In this document: positions 57,935 to 64,000 of the stretch, one piece after another
How positions within the stretch are numbered: the first letter of the stretch is position 1
How the letters are laid out: each line of letters opens with the position of its first letter
Source: Lachnospira sp.
GTDB taxonomy: Bacteria > Bacillota > Clostridia > Lachnospirales > Lachnospiraceae
NCBI GenBank assembly: GCA_017621205.1
Contig: JAGATQ010000051.1
Location: 1-64,000 of the forward strand
Direction: 5' to 3'
DNA length: 64,000 nt
The notes under the pieces: generated by a model
Told to the model about the DNA's origin: nothing
Database searches by the model: none
The model's input: only the letters and a program-made list of their open reading frames with translations
Position numbers and translations under genes: made by a program

Positions 57935-59395
57935 TTAACCTACAAGCTTTTCAATTCCTATGTCGATACGGCGAAGTGTCTCCTCCCTGCCAAGAATATA
58001 CATAATCTCAAATGCTCCCCCCGGTGTCATCTGTTTTCCGGAAACCGCCGTACGAATCGGCCAAAGCCCCATACCATTCTTAATGCCAAGTTCAGCAATA
58101 TAGGCAATAATGTAATCATGAAGACCCGCTTCACTCCACTCACCATCATAGGCTGCAAGCTTTTCCCTCATTTTTCTAAGAATATCTAGAGAATTCTCAC
58201 TGTTTGTTTTCATTTTCTTATGTGTATATAAAGCGATATCGTAATCGGGAAGCTCTTCAAAGAAATCAATATGTCCCTTAATATCTGGAAATACTTCGAT
58301 TCTCGTCTGAACAAGCTCTGCTATGCGCTTTTTATCTACGTCCTTTGTTACCACCTCATCGATATAGGGCTTTGCAAGCTCATAAAATCTGTCAAAATCC
58401 ATCTTCTTAATATATTCCCCATTCATCCATTTGAGTTTGGTGAAATCAAATACTGCCGGAGACTTCGATATATGAGTATAGTCAAACGCTCTCACCAGTT
58501 CCTGAAGACTAAAAAACTCCTCATTGTCTGTCGGTGACCAGCCAAGCAGTGCCACAAAGTTCACCACAGCCTCTGTTAAAAAGCCCTGCTCCATTAAATC
58601 CTCGTATGAGGAATGCCCGCTTCGCTTAGAAAGCTTCTGATGCTCCTCATTGGTGATTAATGGACAATGTACATAAGTCGGAACCTCCCAGCCAAATGCC
58701 TGATAAAGGCGGTTATACTTCGGGGAGGAGGATAAATACTCATTGCCCCGAACAACATGTGTAATCCCCATCAGATGGTCATCCACTACATTTGCAAAAT
58801 TATAGGTCGGAAATCCGTCCGATTTGATAAGAATCATATCATCAAGCTCTGCATTCGGCACACAGATTTTGCCATAGATTTCATCCTCAAAGCTGGTCTC
58901 TCCCTCCTCTGGCACATTCAGACGAATGACATAAGGAAGTCCCGAATCCAGATTCCTCTGAATCTCCTCCTTAGACAAAGAAAGACAGTGCTTATCGTAC
59001 TTCGTAATCTCTTTTCCATTACCATCAATATCCGTCTTAAGCGAGACAAGACGCTCCTGACTGCAAAAGCAGTAATATGCTTCCCCCTTTTCAATCAACT
59101 GCTTGGCATAGTCCATATATAGCCCTGCCTTAACACGCTCACTCTGCACATAGGGACCAACCCCGCCATCCTTGTCGGGGCCTTCATCATGTCTAAGTCC
59201 TGTTTTCTCCATTGTGCGGTAAATAATGTCTACTGCACCCTCCATCAAACGCTCCTGATCGGTATCTTCGATTCTTAAAATAAAGTCACCATCTGCATGC
59301 TTCGCAATTAAATATGCATAAAGTGCTGTCCTCAAATTACCCACATGCATTCTGCCTGTCGGGCTTGGAGCAAATCTTGTCCTAATCTTTGTCAT
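57935..59395 (-). CDS. gltX: Glutamate--tRNA ligase.
   Basis: HIGH-type motif [24 protein letters not shown] motif KLSKRSG. Length 486 aa. Confidence 0.9.
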   Translation of the reverse strand: MTKIRTRFAPSPTGRMHVGNLRTALYAYLIAKHADGDFILRIEDTDQERLMEGAVDIIYRTMEKTGLRHDEGPDKDGGVGPYVQSERVKAGLYMDYAKQLIEKGEAYYCFCSQERLVSLKTDIDGNGKEITKYDKHCLSLSKEEIQRNLDSGLPYVIRLNVPEEGETSFEDEIYGKICVPNAELDDMILIKSDGFPTYNFANVVDDHLMGITHVVRGNEYLSSSPKYNRLYQAFGWEVPTYVHCPLITNEEHQKLSKRSGHSSYEDLMEQGFLTEAVVNFVALLGWSPTDNEEFFSLQELVRAFDYTHISKSPAVFDFTKLKWMNGEYIKKMDFDRFYELAKPYIDEVVTKDVDKKRIAELVQTRIEVFPDIKGHIDFFEELPDYDIALYTHKKMKTNSENSLDILRKMREKLAAYDGEWSEAGLHDYIIAYIAELGIKNGMGLWPIRTAVSGKQMTPGGAFEIMYILGREETLRRIDIGIEKLVG

Positions 59396-59471
59396 GTTGT
59401 CATCCTCTTTCTATTCATATTAATATCTAATTATAAAAAATATCCCTTAGAAAAGCAATAAAAATCCTTCT

Positions 59472-60725
59472 TTACATGAAAGCCAGCAGTTTTCTTGGAA
59501 CGTATGCTTCTATATAGATTCCATTCTCCCGGTACTCTTCCTTAATTAACTGTCCCTCCCGCCTCACTCTGGCAAGCAGTGATGCCTTGGCAAATGGCAG
59601 TGTTTTTTCAATATAGATGCTATCCATCAAAAGCATCTCCTGAATTGCATGAAACAGTGCATCAAAACCCTGTCCGGTTTTGGCGGATAGATATATCTGG
59701 CACTCTGCCTTACAATCCTTTAGCATTCTATCTGCTTCCTCAAGGTCCGCCTTGTTAAATACTGTGATAACCGGCTTGTCCATTATATGAAGCTCCTTTA
59801 GTGTATTATAAACTACCTGCATATGAAGCTCTGCGTCCGGGCTTGCACTGTCCACTACATGAATAATAATATCTGCATATTTTGCTTCCTCCAGAGTAGA
59901 CCGAAATGCTTCAATCAGATGGTGCGACAGCTTATGGATAAAGCCTACGGTATCTGTCAATAATATCTCCTGCTTATTCGGCAGCAAAAGCTTCCTTGTC
60001 GTCGGGTCCAGGGTAGCAAATAATTGATTCTGTGCATAAATATCAGCCCCCGTCAGCTCATTTAGCAGTGTACTCTTTCCGGCATTTGTATAACCAACAA
60101 TCGCTGCAAGAGGAAGCTCTCCATTTTTACGTTTGGAACGTTGAACCGCCCTGTTTTTTGCAACCTTTAAAAGCTCTTCCTTTAATACACCAATTCTCTG
60201 GTGAATTACACGCCGGTCTACTTCCAACTGCTTTTCTCCCGGTCCACGGGTGCCAATGCCACCTCCCTGTCTGGAAAGCGAGGTGCCAAGTCCTGTTAAA
60301 CGACTTGCCCGGTAGCGGAGCTGGGCAAGCTCCACCTGAAGCTTACCCTCACTGGTGCTGGCACGCTCGGCAAATATATCTAAAATCAGCAGCGTGCGGT
60401 CAAGCACCTTGCACGAAAGCATATCATTGAGGTTCTTAAGCTGTGCCGGAGACAGCTCATCATCACATACAATGCCATCCGCAGCAAGCCCCAAAATCAT
60501 TGCCTGCAATTCTTCCAATTTGCCCTTGCCAATATAGGTAGCAGGGGAAAACCGTTCCCGGCTCTGTATTAAACGTCCCACACAATCTGCACCTGCCGTA
60601 TTACAAAGTTCCTCTAACTCAGATAAGGAGGCGTCGCACGCCTCCTGTGTTCCAAGGGCAGCTCCAACTAAAATAAGCCTCTCCCTCGTATTTTCTTTAT
60701 TCTCCCTACACGCTTCTTTATTCAT
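59472..60725 (-). CDS. hflX: GTPase HflX.
   Basis: HflX N-terminal domain plus G-domain: G1 GYTNAGKST, G3 DTVGF, G4 NKAD. Confidence 0.9.
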   Translation of the reverse strand: MNKEACRENKENTRERLILVGAALGTQEACDASLSELEELCNTAGADCVGRLIQSRERFSPATYIGKGKLEELQAMILGLAADGIVCDDELSPAQLKNLNDMLSCKVLDRTLLILDIFAERASTSEGKLQVELAQLRYRASRLTGLGTSLSRQGGGIGTRGPGEKQLEVDRRVIHQRIGVLKEELLKVAKNRAVQRSKRKNGELPLAAIVGYTNAGKSTLLNELTGADIYAQNQLFATLDPTTRKLLLPNKQEILLTDTVGFIHKLSHHLIEAFRSTLEEAKYADIIIHVVDSASPDAELHMQVVYNTLKELHIMDKPVITVFNKADLEEADRMLKDCKAECQIYLSAKTGQGFDALFHAIQEMLLMDSIYIEKTLPFAKASLLARVRREGQLIKEEYRENGIYIEAYVPRKLLAFM

Positions 60726-60746
60726 TCTATATACATTCCTGTTCCT

Positions 60747-61835
60747 TTAATTGCCATTGTCTACTCCGGCAGAAGCTGCCTTTTCATCCGAAATACGGGT
60801 AACTAAAAAATCGTATTCCCGCTTGCCCTGTTCATCCTCCGGATAACGGCTGATATAATCTGCAAAGCAGTCAAAAGCACCATCAAAATCACCAGTATGC
60901 TCCAAGGCAATGCCCTTTTCATAAAGCAGCTCCTGAACCAACGCTGTCTCATTACCACTCAATGCCTTATCAATAAGCGGCAGAGCCTCTTCATACTTTC
61001 CCTGCTGCATATAGCAGTAAGCAATTTTGGCAGTGGAAAGCATCTGCTCTCCATGAGCCTTTTCGTATGCTAAAAGCATCGCCAGTGCCTCCTCATACTT
61101 CCCAGCCTCCGCAAGACAATGCCCCATATAAAGGTCAGCAGTTTCATTGCCTGTCTCCTTCAGTATCTTATAATAGGAATATGCACTATCATAATCACCA
61201 CTTAAATAAGAAAGCTGGGCACATTTCGTCAGCTCATTTAATTGCCCTTTCGATGGGTTCTCAAGCACTCCTGTTTCTAACACCTTCTGAACCGGCTTAG
61301 AAATCTGCTTTCTTAATATAGCATAACCAGAAGTGGCTGCTTTCTTCGCTTCCTCCTGCCGGTTTAGAAGCAGGCATATCTCTGCCAACTGGTAAAATAC
61401 CTCACTGGAAGCACCCTTACATTTCGCTGCCTTGTTAAAATAAGTATATGCCTGATTATACTTTTCCTGCTGTTCATAGCAGATACCAAGGTTCGCATAC
61501 AAATCCACACCGTTTTCTGAAAGCTCAAGAAGCTTCTCATAATAGGTAATCGCAGTTGTATAATTCTCCTGTTTCATCTCCCCATCAGCAAGATAAAAAT
61601 AAATATCCTTATCCACATCGCCAGAAAAACTCTCCTGCTGCTTTAATGCCAGAGAAAAACAATCTGCCGCATCCCCATACTTCGCCATACGGTAATAACG
61701 AATGCCCTCTTCTCTCAAGACTTCCTTGGCAGAGTGGTGGGCCTTAAATTGAACCATGCCATAACCGCATAATATGATTAATGCTACTATTACTATATAT
61801 TTTACCCTTTTGTGCATCTGCCCTGCTCCTTGCAA
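60747..61835 (-). CDS. Tetratricopeptide-repeat protein with N-terminal membrane anchor.
   Basis: N-terminal hydrophobic segment followed by multiple W-LG-Y-A-F-A-P TPR-like 34-aa repeats. Confidence 0.7.
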   Translation of the reverse strand: MQGAGQMHKRVKYIVIVALIILCGYGMVQFKAHHSAKEVLREEGIRYYRMAKYGDAADCFSLALKQQESFSGDVDKDIYFYLADGEMKQENYTTAITYYEKLLELSENGVDLYANLGICYEQQEKYNQAYTYFNKAAKCKGASSEVFYQLAEICLLLNRQEEAKKAATSGYAILRKQISKPVQKVLETGVLENPSKGQLNELTKCAQLSYLSGDYDSAYSYYKILKETGNETADLYMGHCLAEAGKYEEALAMLLAYEKAHGEQMLSTAKIAYCYMQQGKYEEALPLIDKALSGNETALVQELLYEKGIALEHTGDFDGAFDCFADYISRYPEDEQGKREYDFLVTRISDEKAASAGVDNGN

Positions 61836-61849
61836 TATTTTTTAGGTAT

Positions 61850-61984
61850 TTGAGAAATCGACAAAACCAACATGATAGTCATAATATTATATAAATTTAC
61901 TTCGTTGTCTTTGCTTCGCAAAGTACAAAGGCGTAAATTTATATAATATTATGACTATCCACCTAGTGGCTATGGGTTTCTCAA
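61850..61984. repeat. Long palindromic intergenic repeat, copy B. Same family as 57748-57887, with the loop inverted and compensatory stem changes.
   Basis: gatagtcataatattatataaatttac [loop] gtaaatttatataatattatgactatc, flanked by ttgagaaa ... tttctcaa. The loop is roughly the reverse complement of the copy A loop at its ends (gcctttgtac...acaacgaa). Confidence 0.55.
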
Positions 61985-62256
61985 TCACCTATTTTTACAA
62001 TTAAACAATTGCGAAATAACTATTCATATAAAATGACCTAAGATTTAATGAAGATATATTCCGCAAATATCTAATACAGTATAACACATACTCATATTTC
62101 TTCGCAATACAGAGGAAGCTTTAAATAATAACCCCGAAGCAAATATATTTCCCTTGTAAAACTTTGTCTTTCATTATATTATAAAGAAAGGTATTTGCGA
62201 AATAGAATATAGCTGAAACTATCGTCTATATAATAACGACTATCGTTTTAATTTCA

Positions 62257-63540
62257 ATGCATTACAAGGAGGTACTCATGGATTCCAAAAAATCATTTCA
62301 AAACACGCTGCTTCTTATCATTATAGGAATAGTAGTATACTGTGCTATTCAAAATTATACAGTAGTATTTAAGCTATTTGGTTACATTATTAATCTGTTA
62401 TTCCCATTTTTGTTAGGTGGTGTAATCGCTTTTATTATCAATGTACCAATGCGTGGCATCGAAAAACGACTGCTTCCAAATTGCGAATGGTTTAAGCCCT
62501 TTCGCCGGGGCGTTTCTTATATTATCACCCTTTTGTTATTAATTGGTATATTTGTTCTTGCCCTCTTTGTCATTATTCCTGAGGTCAGCAACACAATTAA
62601 AATTATTATTAAACAGGTACCAGTTGCCTTTAACGCATTTCAAACATGGATTTACAGTGCAACAGCGAATCTTCCTAATGTACAGTCATATCTGGATGAT
62701 TTAAACATAAACTGGTCAACCATCTCCACACATGCGATTACTATCATTAAAACTGCGGGAACCACCCTGTTTTCGTCAAGCATTAGTATTGTGTCCGGAA
62801 TCATTGGTGGTATTACTACCTTTGTTATTGCATTTGTTTTTTCTATCTACCTCATTCTGCAAAAAGAAAAATTGGGCAGACAGACCAAGCAGGTACTATT
62901 TTCTGCCTTATCAAGGCAGCGGGCAGAACGTATTGTATATATTGGAAGACTATCCGACAAAATATTCAGCAGCTTTCTTTCCGGGCAATGTATTGAAGCG
63001 GTAATACTTGGAACCATGTTTTTCATTACACTAAGCATTTTTAAGCTGCCCTATGCCCTGTTAATCGGTGTAGTCATTGCAATCACAGCATTAATACCTA
63101 TTTTTGGTGCATTTATCGGTTGTTTTATTGGTGCATTTTTAATTGTAATGGTGAATCCTATGCAGGCACTTTGGTTTATCCTTATTTTCCTTATATTACA
63201 ACAGGTGGAAGGCAATTTAATCTATCCTTATGTAGTAGGCGGTTCTATTGGACTTCCATCTATCTGGGTTCTGGCAGCAGTCAGCGTTGGCGGCAGTCTG
63301 TTTGGCGTAGCAGGAATCCTTATCTTTATTCCACTGTGCTCTGTTTTATACTCCTTAATGAAAGACGCAGTCCACAAACGTCTCGCTGCTAAAAATATCG
63401 GACCGGATATCTGGGATGCCAAGCCTGCCATCGTATTAGAGGAAGAAGAACCACAGAATAAAAAACGGGAGAAAAAGGAAAAGAGAAAGAAAAAAGAAGT
63501 GAAGACGGATACAGAGAAAGAAATACCTCACAAGGAATAG
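62257..63540 (+). CDS. AI-2E family transporter (YhhT/PerM-like) with Lys/Glu-rich C-terminal tail.
   Basis: Eight transmembrane segments. The conserved QQVEGNLIYPYVVG motif region is present. Confidence 0.85.
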   Translation: MHYKEVLMDSKKSFQNTLLLIIIGIVVYCAIQNYTVVFKLFGYIINLLFPFLLGGVIAFIINVPMRGIEKRLLPNCEWFKPFRRGVSYIITLLLLIGIFVLALFVIIPEVSNTIKIIIKQVPVAFNAFQTWIYSATANLPNVQSYLDDLNINWSTISTHAITIIKTAGTTLFSSSISIVSGIIGGITTFVIAFVFSIYLILQKEKLGRQTKQVLFSALSRQRAERIVYIGRLSDKIFSSFLSGQCIEAVILGTMFFITLSIFKLPYALLIGVVIAITALIPIFGAFIGCFIGAFLIVMVNPMQALWFILIFLILQQVEGNLIYPYVVGGSIGLPSIWVLAAVSVGGSLFGVAGILIFIPLCSVLYSLMKDAVHKRLAAKNIGPDIWDAKPAIVLEEEEPQNKKREKKEKRKKKEVKTDTEKEIPHKE

Positions 63541-63924
63541 CTATACTATTCAGTACACATATTATACAATTATATATTTCAAAAGATATATAAAATTTAT
63601 TATTCTATTGTGATAATAACTATAATCACTGCATTATATTTATAAATTTAAACTTCGCATATAGAAATTGGGGGTTGAGCTAGTAATTATAGTATTCATA
63701 AGAAAAACTATCTGAACACGCCGGTCCTTGATTTTGCGTAGCAAAATCTTAGTACCGTTGCGTGTGAGGCAACACGGTGTGGGCTTTCTCACTAGGTTCG
63801 TATACACTCACCAAGTGTTCAATGCTACCGAAAGCGGGTTTTTCGTTGAATACTATAATTACTAGCGTAATCTTCACGTGCGAAGTTTGAGTTTATCAAT
63901 TGCAAAGAAAGCGAGGATACCATT

Positions 63925-64000
63925 ATGAATTCATTAACAACAACCCTGCTACATAAAAAAAGCGGTCTGGCATTTCTTATGCTCCTGCTTTTAAGTGCAT
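63925..64000 (+). CDS. Start of a membrane/secreted protein (3' truncated by the window edge).
   Basis: ATG preceded by GAGGA. A hydrophobic N-terminus, LAFLMLLLLSA, follows. The roughly 380-bp leader upstream is rich in hairpins. Confidence 0.3.
   Translation, partial: MNSLTTTLLHKKSGLAFLMLLLLSA

Noticed and set aside
57748-61984. Composite transposon interpretation of the two inverted palindromic elements
   Set aside because: The intervening genes are core housekeeping genes (gltX, hflX) with no transposase. The elements look like members of a dispersed structural repeat family rather than IS termini.

Overview
This 64-kb window looks like a Firmicutes/Clostridia chromosome (likely Lachnospiraceae-like, given a CotF-like spore coat gene, cell-wall-binding repeats and AT-rich intergenic regions). 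It reads as a mosaic of accessory modules between housekeeping genes.

From left to right:
- The 3' end of a large serine recombinase (5' truncated at the window edge) with a Ser-rich hypothetical protein and an SPFH/band-7 protein, probably mobile-element cargo.
- An RNA-repair island: RtcB RNA ligase with a tRNA-like element downstream that is not a cloverleaf tRNA (candidate YrlA-type Y RNA). Transcribed divergently from rtcB is an XRE-HTH::Uma2 nuclease fusion followed by two WYL-domain-like regulators.
- A roughly 23-kb AT-rich glycopolymer locus on the minus strand. It encodes CDP-ribitol synthesis (TarI/TarJ-like), a TagF-like polyol-phosphate transferase, a 4-amino-sugar branch (DegT, WecF-like, WbqC, ATP-grasp), an APS-kinase::methyltransferase fusion and a sulfotransferase-like protein, implying a sulfated ribitol-phosphate polymer. 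Eight of its proteins carry the same small PglD_N-like Rossmann module.
- pncB, followed by a MITE-like structured repeat pair.
- A Bce-like module (two-component system plus ABC transporter).
- An NSS transporter and a DHH phosphoesterase.
- A BlaI/BlaR1-like pair whose sensor domain is not a penicillin-binding domain, with operator dyads upstream.
- Two GNAT acetyltransferases and a CrcB fluoride channel.
- A truncated sigma-70 (regions 1.1-3 only) next to a membrane-anchored class-A beta-lactamase-like protein.
- gltX, hflX and a TPR protein, bracketed by two inverted copies of a roughly 140-bp palindromic repeat family that shows compensatory base changes.
- An AI-2E transporter.

No CRISPR array, rRNA or canonical tRNA gene was found. 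All calls come from reading the sequence and ORF translations by eye; no database search was possible.
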